Assembly (NCBI GenBank): GCA_040756875.1
Contig: JBFLYH010000001.1
Span: 1,024,001 to 1,088,000 of the forward strand
Length of the DNA: 64,000 bases
Reading direction: 5' to 3'
From: a candidate division FCPU426 bacterium
Lineage (GTDB): Bacteria > Oederibacteriota > JAAXVQ01 > JAUVAV01
Within the stretch, counting starts at the first letter, position 1. Each line of letters starts with the position of its first letter. The notes beneath the pieces are model-generated. The model saw only the letters and a program-made list of their open reading frames with translations. It was not told where the DNA came from and searched no databases. Positions 17,880 to 27,641 of this stretch are shown here, piece after piece. The position numbers were made by a program, and so were the translations under genes.

Positions 17880-19730
17880 TCAGAATATTATCACCAATCC
17901 ACCCCGGGTTACCAACCCTGATATATTGATCTCCATATTCTTTCCTGTCCCGCTGTATTTGATATCATCATCCTCTGCATCTTTCAATTCATACATGCAT
18001 GACATGCGGTAGTTTATTTCCACCCCCAGCGCGATATTCCTGCCCAAATATATATCCATACCCGTCATCAGCTTCGTTCCCAAGGATTGACCCGAAAATG
18101 TTATGTCCATATACCCTATTCTCTCGCCTTGATAAAGCGCTTCCTGGCTGTAGATACTGTAAACACTCATATATTCCAAACCCGCACCAATTTTCATGAG
18201 TACATAGTCGCCCACCCGGCCCGCCAATGCCAATCCCACTCCAAATTCATGAAATGGCATTTGCAGGCCGATGTTGTAAGTAATCCGATCCCCCAAGGCA
18301 TTTTCTATTGTCGCCATGCCTTTTCTTTCAACCGGTATATAACTGTAATCAGCCATCAACACAAGACTGTCTGTCAGGCCATAGTCGCATTGAACACTCG
18401 CGCCAAAGTTGCCTTTGATTTCCGCTATATGTTCAACCGATCCGCCAGGTTGCGAACCAATCATATCCAGCAGGTTATTGGTGTTATGGATCAGGGTTTT
18501 GTTGATATCCTCTAAAAGAAACTGATGTTCCCCGGGCATTAATCTGACGGAAAAACGCCCGGCCATTTGATTGGGGGCTATATAGGCACGCGCAGGCACC
18601 GGGTGTGCAGATGGCCGACTAATGGTATTGGAGAATCCCGCCGTTTCTGCCCTAACCGCCGATGCCGCCGGTTTTGCAGGGACTGGCACGGACGCGCTTG
18701 CTTTCTTAGACCTTGTTTCGGGTTTGTGTTTTTCAACAGAGGCGGGAGGAGTCGATACTGCCGGTACTATCACTCCAAGCTTACCCGCCTCCTCAATTCT
18801 CGCCTGAGTCCGCGCGATATCCGCACTATATTTTTCTTCTCCACTTATTGTTTTCGCTTCCATGAAATAATTCAAAGCATCCCGCAGACGCCCTTCCTTC
18901 TCCTCATAAATGCCCAAGTTGTATATTGCCGCAACACGATCTTTAGGGAGCCCGGTAGTCTGCCCCTGTTTCCACAATTCCACTGCCCGGCGCCAGTCAT
19001 CTTTTTGAGCAGCTTGGTTCCCCTCCTTGATCAGCTGCGACTCTCCGTTTTCAAAAGTCCTGCTTTCCGTTACAAAATAGGGCGAGATTTTTCGTATAAA
19101 GGGCTCGTGAATATTCGCCAGGGATTCAATTACCACTTTATCCCAAGGCATTGAATTCTGTTGCGCACGTGCCCGGTCCTCCCCTTTGCTTATGCTATAT
19201 CCTGACCCGTTCACTTCTGAAGCTCCCAGGACACGCCCGGATTTATCGGAAACAGTGAATTCTATCCGCGTTTTAACTGAACGCTCGATTTCATACACTT
19301 TGTAAATCATCTCCTTGTCCTTATAGGTCTTTTCACCACCTGTATCTTCAATCGAATAGCGGACCAGCCCGGTTATAACCGCATCATATTCCGATCCATT
19401 CGTAAGTTGGTAATACCCATCTTTGAGGACCGCGAATTGAAGATTGCTCCAGACTGCTTGTTGAATTCCCGGGTGCTTTTCTTCCGCCTTTTTCTTCGCT
19501 CCGGCATCCAACGCCAGCCCAACCAATGCCCCTAAAAAGGTACTACCACCCTCATTCTTATTTTCATCCAGACTTAAATCTCCCGAGACGGTAAAAAGAT
19601 CGATCTTGATGGTTTTTGCCCCTGCCAGGTTCAACTCGGGCGCTCTTTTAATCTGTAAAAATACGGTGGTCGAACAACCTGAAGCAAAACAAATGATGCT
19701 CGCAATTAAAATGCATTTTGCTTTGTACAT
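17880..19730 (-). CDS. Lipoprotein with TPR region, Pro/Ala linker and C-terminal outer-membrane beta-barrel-like domain
   Basis: Lipobox-like FASGC; TPR-like 'AAIYNLGIYEEKEGRLRDALNYFMEA'; alternating beta strands ending in a terminal Phe. Confidence 0.65.
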   Translation of the reverse strand: MYKAKCILIASIICFASGCSTTVFLQIKRAPELNLAGAKTIKIDLFTVSGDLSLDENKNEGGSTFLGALVGLALDAGAKKKAEEKHPGIQQAVWSNLQFAVLKDGYYQLTNGSEYDAVITGLVRYSIEDTGGEKTYKDKEMIYKVYEIERSVKTRIEFTVSDKSGRVLGASEVNGSGYSISKGEDRARAQQNSMPWDKVVIESLANIHEPFIRKISPYFVTESRTFENGESQLIKEGNQAAQKDDWRRAVELWKQGQTTGLPKDRVAAIYNLGIYEEKEGRLRDALNYFMEAKTISGEEKYSADIARTQARIEEAGKLGVIVPAVSTPPASVEKHKPETRSKKASASVPVPAKPAASAVRAETAGFSNTISRPSAHPVPARAYIAPNQMAGRFSVRLMPGEHQFLLEDINKTLIHNTNNLLDMIGSQPGGSVEHIAEIKGNFGASVQCDYGLTDSLVLMADYSYIPVERKGMATIENALGDRITYNIGLQMPFHEFGVGLALAGRVGDYVLMKIGAGLEYMSVYSIYSQEALYQGERIGYMDITFSGQSLGTKLMTGMDIYLGRNIALGVEINYRMSCMYELKDAEDDDIKYSGTGKNMEINISGLVTRGGLVIIF

Positions 19731-19943
19731 ACTGCCCCTCCTGGCGTTTAGTCCGCCCGGATTGTTTCAGGCAACTCCAGGCAGAGCTCAAATAATCTCC
19801 TGGCTGTTTAGACCAGGAGGGGCATATTTCCATTCGTTTTTTTATTATCGATTTAAAGCGGGGATACACATCAGGTAGGCAACACATGCAGATTCAGAAA
19901 GGGTTGATCGTGCCGACCTCTATTTCGAGGAAACAAGTTCCAT

Positions 19944-20651
19944 TTATTTTCCTATAATCTTGTTATTCATCTTCACCACGCTGCTGATCGCGCCGCCCGG
20001 CGTGATCACTTTGGTAAAAACGCTTTTCGGGACCCAGCAGCCGTTCTTTTCCTCATATACCTGCTTGACCTCGATGGGCGGCATGGGGCCTGAGCCTGTA
20101 AAGTTCATCTGCGTGACCAGGCCGCGGTTGCGGTCGTAAATGAATTCCAAAGCTTTTTGATTGAGCATTGACTCGCTGGAGGCCATGGTGCCGTCTTCGT
20201 TACGAAAGTAACCCAGCACCCGGTAGAGATTCGAATCAGCGGGTTTGTTGGTCAGGTCAATATCCAGGTAAAACTGTTTGAGAAAAGCATACTGAAATAA
20301 ATCACTGCTCATGCCCGCCTGCTGTCCGCCGGTCGGAATTTCTTTGAATGCGCCGTGGCTGACCGAAATAAACGACTTCCCTCCTTCGGTTTTCACGGTT
20401 TGCGCTCTGGGTGCAACAAATTCCATGACGACTTTATCCGGCGCAATAAAAACATATGTTCCGCTTTGCTCAAGTTTGAAGCCTTCAACGCCGAATACAG
20501 TCATGGCGAATTCCGCTTCAATGGTTTTAATTTGATCTTGATGGGCTTTAAGATGATCGAATATTTCCGTAACCGAAAGCTCGGAAGCAACAGCTGGAAC
20601 CGCAGCCAAAACAGCGGTTATTAAGAGCAGGATTCGACCAACATTTTGCAT
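19944..20651 (-). CDS. LolA-like periplasmic protein (paralog of 7177-7884)
   Basis: ATG 20651 after GGAGG. Shares LKAHQD..KTIEA, VVMEF, GMSSD, KQFYL, KALE, GLVTQ and ITPGG with 7177-7884. Confidence 0.7.
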   Translation of the reverse strand: MQNVGRILLLITAVLAAVPAVASELSVTEIFDHLKAHQDQIKTIEAEFAMTVFGVEGFKLEQSGTYVFIAPDKVVMEFVAPRAQTVKTEGGKSFISVSHGAFKEIPTGGQQAGMSSDLFQYAFLKQFYLDIDLTNKPADSNLYRVLGYFRNEDGTMASSESMLNQKALEFIYDRNRGLVTQMNFTGSGPMPPIEVKQVYEEKNGCWVPKSVFTKVITPGGAISSVVKMNNKIIGK

Positions 20652-20800
20652 GGGATCCCCTCCTGTCCGAGAAGAACGCAGGTGCATTGAGCATATCACA
20701 TAAATATGTGCAATCCAAATAACGAAGCTCAAACAGCCCATACTCACTTAGACTTTCTTTATTAAATTCCCATTCATTTTATTAATTGTTTTAATGCGAT

Positions 20801-22240
20801 TTATTTCTTTTCTACAGGTTTGAGGCGGAAGATGAGGATGCCGGCGCCTTCCTTCCAGAGCGCGTAGCGGGGATCCAGGCGGATTTGATCCAGCACCTGC
20901 AAATATTTTTCACGGTTGAACGGCCAGATATTGCCCTGCACATGGAAAACGATGAAATGCGGCAGCTTGTCGAAAGCGTTCATGCCCAACACGGTGATGC
21001 GTTCGGGGTGGGAAATCTGCGGCCCCAAATTGGACTGGGCCAGCACCCGGCCTTTGGCCGGCAGGCTGTGCAACAGCTTGCGGGCAGCCTGGCTTTCCGC
21101 ATTGGCTTTCGCCGGCGTGACCCAGTTAAAATTGAAAATCAACAGGTACAATGCGATTCCCAGGGCCACGGCCTGCCGGGACGGGCTGTTTTGAAGGCGC
21201 CGATCCATGGCAGCCCAGCCCGCAGCCAGGGCCGCGAACAAAAACGGAATGATCGGGGCTGCATAATACCACTGCAGGGTGGCCTGGCTCAGACGGCTGG
21301 AAGCCAACTGAACCCAGACCGGCGGCAGCAACGCCAGGCCCCAGAAAGTCGCCAGCGGCAGGAACGCCGTGGCTAGAAGCATTTTTAAAAATTCAGGCGT
21401 GAACCACACTCCCAGCGTGGCAAACGGCTGGCTCAAAGCCCCAGCCAGGATGCCGAACAAGCCCTTGCCCCAGTGGGACCAGTGGCTGAAATAGGGATAA
21501 ACCCCGTGGTTAGCCAGCAGCATGGCGACCAGGGCCAACAGCCCCACAGCCAGGCAGACGCCGGCTGCGATCCAGGCCTGCAACCGGCGTTCACGGTAAA
21601 AGGCTCCGGCCATCAACAGCCAGGGCAGAAGATAAAAACCCGCATCCTCTTTAATGCCCAGCGCCAGGCCCAGCCAGACCCAGAATTTCCACGAAACGCC
21701 GGCTGCATACGCATCGAAAACCAGCAGGAACGCCAGCGGCAGTAAATGCTCCACCCGAAAATCCGAATTGGCCAAGCGGCCCGTGTAAACAAAGTTGTAG
21801 TAAACGAAAACCAGCACCAGGGCAGGAACCGCCTCCAGGCCAAGCCTGCGCGCCAAAGAATACAGAGGGACGCCGGCCAGGGCCAATGCCGCAGCCTGCA
21901 ACAATAAAAGGGTCAGGGGGGAATTGAACAATTTCATGACCGGCAGCAGCAGATAAAGGACCGGCGAAAAATGATCAGCCATCAGGCTTTTGCCGATGAT
22001 CGGCGAAAAGAGCTGCCAGTTGACGAACGCCTGCTGGTAAACGGTCAGATCGAGGGCATAGGTATTGAGCCCAACGTGGCGGGCAACGCCGAGGTAGAAA
22101 AACACGAAGACATAGAGGCCGACCAAAGTCCACAGCCAGACAGCGGGTTTGATTTTCGGCCAAGAGATGGGTTTGGGCAGCCAGCGCAATCCAGAATACA
22201 GCAAGGCGGCAAAGAGGCATAGTTTGAGGAATAGGCTCAA
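20801..22240 (-). CDS. DUF2079-like multi-pass membrane protein (GT-C-like)
   Basis: TYALDLTVYQQ, DHFSP, DFRVE and IKEDAG motifs; many TM helices. Confidence 0.75.
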   Translation of the reverse strand: MSLFLKLCLFAALLYSGLRWLPKPISWPKIKPAVWLWTLVGLYVFVFFYLGVARHVGLNTYALDLTVYQQAFVNWQLFSPIIGKSLMADHFSPVLYLLLPVMKLFNSPLTLLLLQAAALALAGVPLYSLARRLGLEAVPALVLVFVYYNFVYTGRLANSDFRVEHLLPLAFLLVFDAYAAGVSWKFWVWLGLALGIKEDAGFYLLPWLLMAGAFYRERRLQAWIAAGVCLAVGLLALVAMLLANHGVYPYFSHWSHWGKGLFGILAGALSQPFATLGVWFTPEFLKMLLATAFLPLATFWGLALLPPVWVQLASSRLSQATLQWYYAAPIIPFLFAALAAGWAAMDRRLQNSPSRQAVALGIALYLLIFNFNWVTPAKANAESQAARKLLHSLPAKGRVLAQSNLGPQISHPERITVLGMNAFDKLPHFIVFHVQGNIWPFNREKYLQVLDQIRLDPRYALWKEGAGILIFRLKPVEKK

Positions 22241-22350
22241 CGCGCTGCTCCTGGCTGACCGAATTCCCGGCGGACCGTGCGCACTCCGCCCGCCTCAGAA
22301 CAACATTGGTTACAGTTTATCGCAATGATTGGGGAAATTCCAGAAAAACC

Positions 22351-23073
22351 TCAAGGCATGGGTTCGTGCTCCCAATAGGCCATGTCCCACTCCCACCCCT
22401 CGGCGCGGGGATTGTGGCGCAAGGAGAAATACCAGGTTTTTTTGCCGTTCTCCCAGCCCGAGGTTTTGAGCACAACCTGGTTGTCTTCGTCCTTGGAATA
22501 GATTTCCACCACCGGCTGGTGGAGGTTTTTCATCTCCTCGGCCAGCAGATGCACGCCTTCCTGGTATTTCACGGCAAAGCGTTCCTCGTAACTGCGGCCG
22601 AAGCCGAAGTCACGTGAAATCAGGGCCTGCAGCGCCTGTTCATCCTGCTTGAGCAGGGCGTATTCCAACTTAAGAATCAGCTCGTCCACCGAGGGCATGA
22701 CCCAGCGCTTGTCCCCCAGCAGCCAATACAGGCGGTTTTCAGTCATGACGCCCAACTGGCTGTTGTCATGCAACACCGGATACTGGATGAGCAGGTGGAT
22801 GTACAATTTTTCGGCATCCTGATCCCGGCCGAACTGCTCGAAGGCCTGGGCGAGCAGATAAAGATAGAAAGACAAGGAGATAATGCGGGTGAAATGATGG
22901 GTCTTAACCACGATGGTCTCGACCCCTTTTCTTTCCAACCGGTTGTAATCGCGCAGGGATTTGGCCACTTGGGAAGGATTTTCGAAATCCACATTGCGCT
23001 GGGGCATGGTTTGCTGCCCACAGCCGGCAAGTAAGATCCAAAACGCCAGAATGACCGTTCCTAACCGTTTCAC
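22351..23073 (-). CDS. Hypothetical lipoprotein
   Basis: Lipobox LAGC and a TPR-like helix pair. Confidence 0.7.
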   Translation of the reverse strand: MKRLGTVILAFWILLAGCGQQTMPQRNVDFENPSQVAKSLRDYNRLERKGVETIVVKTHHFTRIISLSFYLYLLAQAFEQFGRDQDAEKLYIHLLIQYPVLHDNSQLGVMTENRLYWLLGDKRWVMPSVDELILKLEYALLKQDEQALQALISRDFGFGRSYEERFAVKYQEGVHLLAEEMKNLHQPVVEIYSKDEDNQVVLKTSGWENGKKTWYFSLRHNPRAEGWEWDMAYWEHEPMP

Positions 23074-23137
23074 TTTCCTTCACCTTCCCTGAATGCAGGC
23101 TCTTTTAAGTATAACGCGTCCGGATGATATTTTCCAT

Positions 23138-23236
23138 ATCCCCTCCCCCTCGAGGGGGGAGGGTCAGGGAGAGGGTGATCATGTTGCCTAAAGTCCACCC
23201 TCCCCTATATCCCCCACTCTCAAGGGAGGGGGGGAC
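23138..23236. repeat. Intergenic C/G-rich palindromic REP-like repeats
   Basis: CCCTCCCCCTCGAGGGGGGAGGG hairpin plus CCCCCACTCTCAAGGGAGGGGG. A related CCCCTCCCTTGAGGGGAGGG occurs near 25774-25794. Confidence 0.55.
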
Positions 23237-23255
23237 GACAGAATGTATCAATAAT

Positions 23256-23293
23256 AAAAAAAGGCCGCCCCCTTGCGCGGGGACGGCCTTTTT
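23256..23293 (-). terminator. Rho-independent terminator after secF (bidirectional form)
   Basis: A-run, GGCCGCCCC / GGGGACGGCC stem, T-run; about 15 nt after the secF stop. Confidence 0.8.
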
Positions 23294-23307
23294 AATAACG
23301 GCGGTTA

Positions 23308-24225
23308 TCAGCGCGGCACCGGGCTGCGCGCGTTCCACTCCGAGATGAAATTGCTGGCCACAAAAATCGTGGAATAGGTTCCGATCACCAAGCCGATGGT
23401 CATGGCCAGGGAGAAGGTATAGATGACTTCCCCGCCCAAAAACAGCAGGGCGATGACGACCAGCATGGTGGCCAAGGACGTTACAATGGTGCGGGACAAG
23501 GTTTCATTGATGCTCCGGTTGACCAGGCCGTCGTACTCGGCCTTGCGGTCGTGCCTGAGGTTCTCGCGGATGCGGTCAAAGACCACCACCGTATCGTTGA
23601 GCGAGTAACCGGCAATGGTCAAAAGCGCGGTAAGCAGCAGCAAATTCATTTCAAAGCCAAGCAGATACATGATTCCGAGGACAGCCAGAATGTCGTGGAT
23701 GGTGGCCAGGGTGGCGGCCACGGAAAACCGGAAGTCAAAACGCCACCAGATATAAATGACGATTCCGACCATGGCCCAAAACAGGGCGAAGAGCGCCTGC
23801 TGCCGCAAATGGGCGGAAACCGACGGCCCTACGTCCTCGGAAGCCAGGATCACGGCTGGATTGTCAGGCAGGTTTTTTTGCAGAACCTGCAGCACCCGGG
23901 TGCTGACCTCCGAGGTTTTCAGGGAGGTGGCCTGAATGCGCAGCATGAACTTGTAACGCCCGGGGTCCGCGATGGTTTGAATGCTTGAATCCTGGAATTC
24001 GTCCGCTTTCAGGGCGTTGCGGACCTCTTCGGTCTTGATGGCTTTTGGAAATTCGACTTCCACCGTGGTGCCGCCGGAGAACTCAACCCCCATTTTGGCC
24101 CGTCCCAAGCTGAGTTGAAGGGTGGCATAAAGCCCCAAGGTCATCAGCACGGCCGAGAAGGCGAAACCGATCCAGCGGATTTTGGTGAACGGGATGTTCA
24201 TGTCATTGCGGATGAGCTGCATCAT
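23308..24225 (-). CDS. secF: Protein translocase subunit SecF
   Basis: GVEFSGGT, VGPSVS, GYSLNDTVVVFDRIRENLR and ETLSRTI motifs. Confidence 0.95.
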   Translation of the reverse strand: MMQLIRNDMNIPFTKIRWIGFAFSAVLMTLGLYATLQLSLGRAKMGVEFSGGTTVEVEFPKAIKTEEVRNALKADEFQDSSIQTIADPGRYKFMLRIQATSLKTSEVSTRVLQVLQKNLPDNPAVILASEDVGPSVSAHLRQQALFALFWAMVGIVIYIWWRFDFRFSVAATLATIHDILAVLGIMYLLGFEMNLLLLTALLTIAGYSLNDTVVVFDRIRENLRHDRKAEYDGLVNRSINETLSRTIVTSLATMLVVIALLFLGGEVIYTFSLAMTIGLVIGTYSTIFVASNFISEWNARSPVPR

Positions 24226-24289
24226 GCCTGGTGCCACTCCTTTTCGGGGTCTCCCCCGTTAGTCACCTTCATGGGCCCTGCGTTCGTTC

Positions 24290-25627
24290 TTAAATCGACA
24301 ATTTGGTGTAGTGCTTGCGCACGTCGAAAATCAGTTTGCTGACCACGATGGCCGTGAACATGGAAATGACCAGGCCCACGGTGAGGGTCACAGCATAGCC
24401 CTTGATCGGCCCGGTGCCGAACTGAAACAACACCGCAGCCGTGATCAGGGTGGTCACGTTGGCGTCGATGATGCTGGAAAGCGCCTTGGCATAACCCGCG
24501 TCGATGGCCGCGCGCACGGTCTTGCCCAAGCGCAGCTCCTCGCGGATGCGCTCGAAAATCAGCACATTGGCGTCCACGGCCATGCCGATGGTCAGAATCA
24601 CGCCCGCGATGCCGGGCATGGTCAGCGTGGCGTGCAGGGCGACCAGGGCGGCCATGAGGAACAGGAAGTTCAGGGCCAGCGAAATATCGGCCACCACGCC
24701 CGAGGTGCGGTAATAAACGATCATGAAAAGGATGACCAGGCTGATGCCGATGATGAACGAGAGCTTGCCTTTTCGGATCGAATCCCGGCCCAGGGTCGGC
24801 CCGACCACGTATTTGTTGATGATATTCACCGGCGCGGGCAGGGCGCCGGCGCGCAGCACCAGGGCCAGGTCCTTGGCTTCCTGGAGGGTGAACTGGCCTT
24901 CGATGATGCCGCTGCCGCCGCCAATGCGGGATTTGATGACCGGCGCGGAATACACGCGGCTGTCGAGAATGATGGCCAAGCGGCGATTGATGTTGGCGCC
25001 CGTGATGGCGGCAAAACGCTTGCCGCCCTCGGGATTAAGCTTGAAGGCCACGATCGGCCGGCCGTAGCCGTCCATTTCCACCTTGGCGTCCACCAGGCTG
25101 GCTCCGGTGAGCAGCTGCTTGGACTGCAGCAGCATGGGGTCCCCTTCCTTGCCCGGCAGGATCTCGAGTTCCGGCGGAACCTTGGCTGCCACGGTATTGC
25201 CGTCCGCGTCCATAAAATCCGTCAGGGCGCGGTTTTCTTCCATCATTTTGAACTCCAGCAGCGCGGTCTGGCCGATGATGGACACCGCGCGCTCCGGGTC
25301 CTTGACGCCGGGCAGCTGGATCACGATCCACTTCTCGCCTTCTTTTTGGATGATGGGTTCGGCCACGCCCAGGGCGTCGATGCGGTTGCGCAGGATTTCC
25401 AGGGCGCGTTCGCGGGCCTCGGCAGGCGTGACATTCGCAGGCAGGCCTGACGAATCCACTTCCAATTTCAGGTGCATGCCGCCCTGCAAATCCAGACCCA
25501 AATTGACTTTGCCGCGCGTCACCAGGCCTCCGGCGCTGTCGCGCACGTCAAAGGGCGGATAAACAACCCAGATGCTGGCCAGGACCAGAACCACGGTCAA
25601 GGCGGTCAACCATTGGCGTAAACGCAT
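24290..25627 (-). CDS. secD: Protein translocase subunit SecD
   Basis: NLGLDLQGG, RIDALGVAEP, LRAGALPAP and GMAVDANVLIFERIREE motifs. Confidence 0.96.
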   Translation of the reverse strand: MRLRQWLTALTVVLVLASIWVVYPPFDVRDSAGGLVTRGKVNLGLDLQGGMHLKLEVDSSGLPANVTPAEARERALEILRNRIDALGVAEPIIQKEGEKWIVIQLPGVKDPERAVSIIGQTALLEFKMMEENRALTDFMDADGNTVAAKVPPELEILPGKEGDPMLLQSKQLLTGASLVDAKVEMDGYGRPIVAFKLNPEGGKRFAAITGANINRRLAIILDSRVYSAPVIKSRIGGGSGIIEGQFTLQEAKDLALVLRAGALPAPVNIINKYVVGPTLGRDSIRKGKLSFIIGISLVILFMIVYYRTSGVVADISLALNFLFLMAALVALHATLTMPGIAGVILTIGMAVDANVLIFERIREELRLGKTVRAAIDAGYAKALSSIIDANVTTLITAAVLFQFGTGPIKGYAVTLTVGLVISMFTAIVVSKLIFDVRKHYTKLSI

Positions 25628-25694
25628 GAAGGGGCATCCTCCTTGGACAAATCACGGAATGACAAAAACGCTTGAAAACAAAACAGATTCCGAA

Positions 25695-25724
25695 AATATA
25701 CACTACCAGGTGAATGTATGTCAA
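25695..25724 (-). promoter_or_regulatory. Putative sigma70 promoter for secDF
   Basis: TTGACA-18-TATATT on the minus strand in an AT-rich gap. Confidence 0.5.
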
Positions 25725-25851
25725 CCGTTTTAAATTAACTGGGATATAAGCATTTATAACCAATAAAATGGATCCCCCTCCCTTGAGGGGAGGGTGATGA
25801 ATATGGCGCTGTTCTCGAGGGGGGGGATGGTTATCGAGTGAACCTGATGAT

Positions 25852-27570
25852 TTATTGTTGCTGGTTTTTCCACTCGCGCAGAACGCGCTGAATGGTCTGG
25901 CGCACGGGGATGGAAGGCTCGCGCTTGAGGTACCAGCGCAGGTCATTGATGGTCCGGCTGTCTGCGCTCTGGCCCAGGGCGATGATCGCCTCGGAGCGGG
26001 TATCCTCGTCCTTGGTTTCCAAGGCATTCCAGATCAAAACGCGGAAATCCGGATATCCGGCTTTCACCAGGCTGGCGCTGCAAAGAATGCGTACTACGGC
26101 GTCCGGATCGTCGTTGGCCGCGTCGGCCAGAGCTTTGAGGCTGGCATCATCGGCAATCCGTTCCAGGCCCAGAATGGCGTAGCGGCGGATGGCTGGATAG
26201 CCGTGTTCCAAGGCTTGGAAAAGGACCGTGCGGCCGCGGTCATCGCCTTTGACCGCCAGCACCAGGGCCGCGGTCAGGGCTTCGGAATAGACGGAACTGT
26301 GAAGCTTGGGCGCCTGCGCTTCGCGGATCTTTTCGTCCCCCAGGGCGCCGAGCGCCATGGCGTAGGAAAGCCGCACGTTCAAATCCAGACGGCGGTCCTC
26401 GAGCGCATGCAGCAAAACCGGCACTCCGGCCGGGTTGCCCAGCCTGACCAGGGCCTGGCCGGCGGCGATCCGCACTTCCTGCGCCTCCTGGTCATCCGCC
26501 ACCAGGGCGGCCAGCTTCTCCTCGGCCGGCTTGTAGCCAAGTTCCCCCAAGGCGGTTGCGGCCGAAGCCCGCACCAAGGGTTTGGGATGGCTGAGTTTGG
26601 TCATAACCGCCGGACCGGCGGTCTTGGCTTCCAGCTGGCTCAGGGCGTAGGTGGCCCAGTGCAACACCGTGGGGTCCTGGTCGTCAAGCATGGCCAGAAT
26701 CGCCGGGACATTTTCCGGGTCCGGGATTTCAGTCAGCGCGTACAGGCACGCCATGCGGGTGCGCGGATCGCGGCTGTCCGCGAGCAGGCGGCGGATTTCC
26801 GGCAGCGCGCTGTACGACTGGATCTGGGCCAGGGCGTACAGCAGGTGCAGCTGCAGGTTGCGGTCAGCGCGCGGCAGCGCGGCCAGCAGCTTGGGCACCG
26901 GATCCACGTGGCCGATATTGGCGAAGGCGTCGGAAAGGTTGAGGCGCAGCTGGGCATCGGCCCGGTCCCACAATTCGAGCAGCGGCGGCAGACTCGCCGG
27001 CCGGCTGAGGATGGCCAGCACGATGACCGCAGTCAGGCGGAGCTTGCGGTTCTTGTTCTCCAGCCAGGGAACCAGGCGGGCTTCGAATCCCTTCTCCGGT
27101 TCCAGCCGGTACACCAGCTCCCGCAGCGCGTTCAAGGCCTGAAGCACCAAGTCCTTGTCCCGGGGGTGCGCCTGGGCCGCATCCAGCAAATACCCGGCCA
27201 TGGCCGGATCGCGCACCAGGCCGGCCACATCGATGGCCGCCAGCCGGACATCTCGGTCCGGGTCGGCCAGGCCGGCCACCACGGCGGTTTCCACGCGGGG
27301 ATCGGCCACGTCCTGCAGCAGGCGCTGGGCGGTCCGGCGCACGGGCTGGGAACGGTCGTGCAGCATGGTTTCAATGATCAGGCCCACGGCCTCGGGTGTA
27401 TGCCTGTACCCCAGGGCCTCCAGCGCCAGGATGCGGCGGTAAACCTGGCCGTGCGCCAGTTCATCCTGCAATTGCTTATGGCTGAAAGCGCGCAGATCCT
27501 CGGCCGCAGCTAAAGCGGGCCACGCAAAAAAAGCCAGGGTCAGAACGGCCAGAAAGGAAATTTTCATCAT
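25852..27570 (-). CDS. Exported HEAT-repeat (PBS lyase-like) protein
   Basis: Signal peptide MMKISFL...ALA and many 'D..VR..A...LG' repeats. Confidence 0.85.
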   Translation of the reverse strand: MMKISFLAVLTLAFFAWPALAAAEDLRAFSHKQLQDELAHGQVYRRILALEALGYRHTPEAVGLIIETMLHDRSQPVRRTAQRLLQDVADPRVETAVVAGLADPDRDVRLAAIDVAGLVRDPAMAGYLLDAAQAHPRDKDLVLQALNALRELVYRLEPEKGFEARLVPWLENKNRKLRLTAVIVLAILSRPASLPPLLELWDRADAQLRLNLSDAFANIGHVDPVPKLLAALPRADRNLQLHLLYALAQIQSYSALPEIRRLLADSRDPRTRMACLYALTEIPDPENVPAILAMLDDQDPTVLHWATYALSQLEAKTAGPAVMTKLSHPKPLVRASAATALGELGYKPAEEKLAALVADDQEAQEVRIAAGQALVRLGNPAGVPVLLHALEDRRLDLNVRLSYAMALGALGDEKIREAQAPKLHSSVYSEALTAALVLAVKGDDRGRTVLFQALEHGYPAIRRYAILGLERIADDASLKALADAANDDPDAVVRILCSASLVKAGYPDFRVLIWNALETKDEDTRSEAIIALGQSADSRTINDLRWYLKREPSIPVRQTIQRVLREWKNQQQ

Positions 27571-27641
27571 AGCTCCCATGGGTGAACGATGCTCAGGCAA
27601 TCCCACCGTGGATTAGACACCGTTTTCCCGTTTTGTCCTCG

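Noticed and set aside
24311-27513. 379-aa and 552-aa plus-strand ORFs
   Set aside because: Antisense to secD and to the HEAT-repeat gene.
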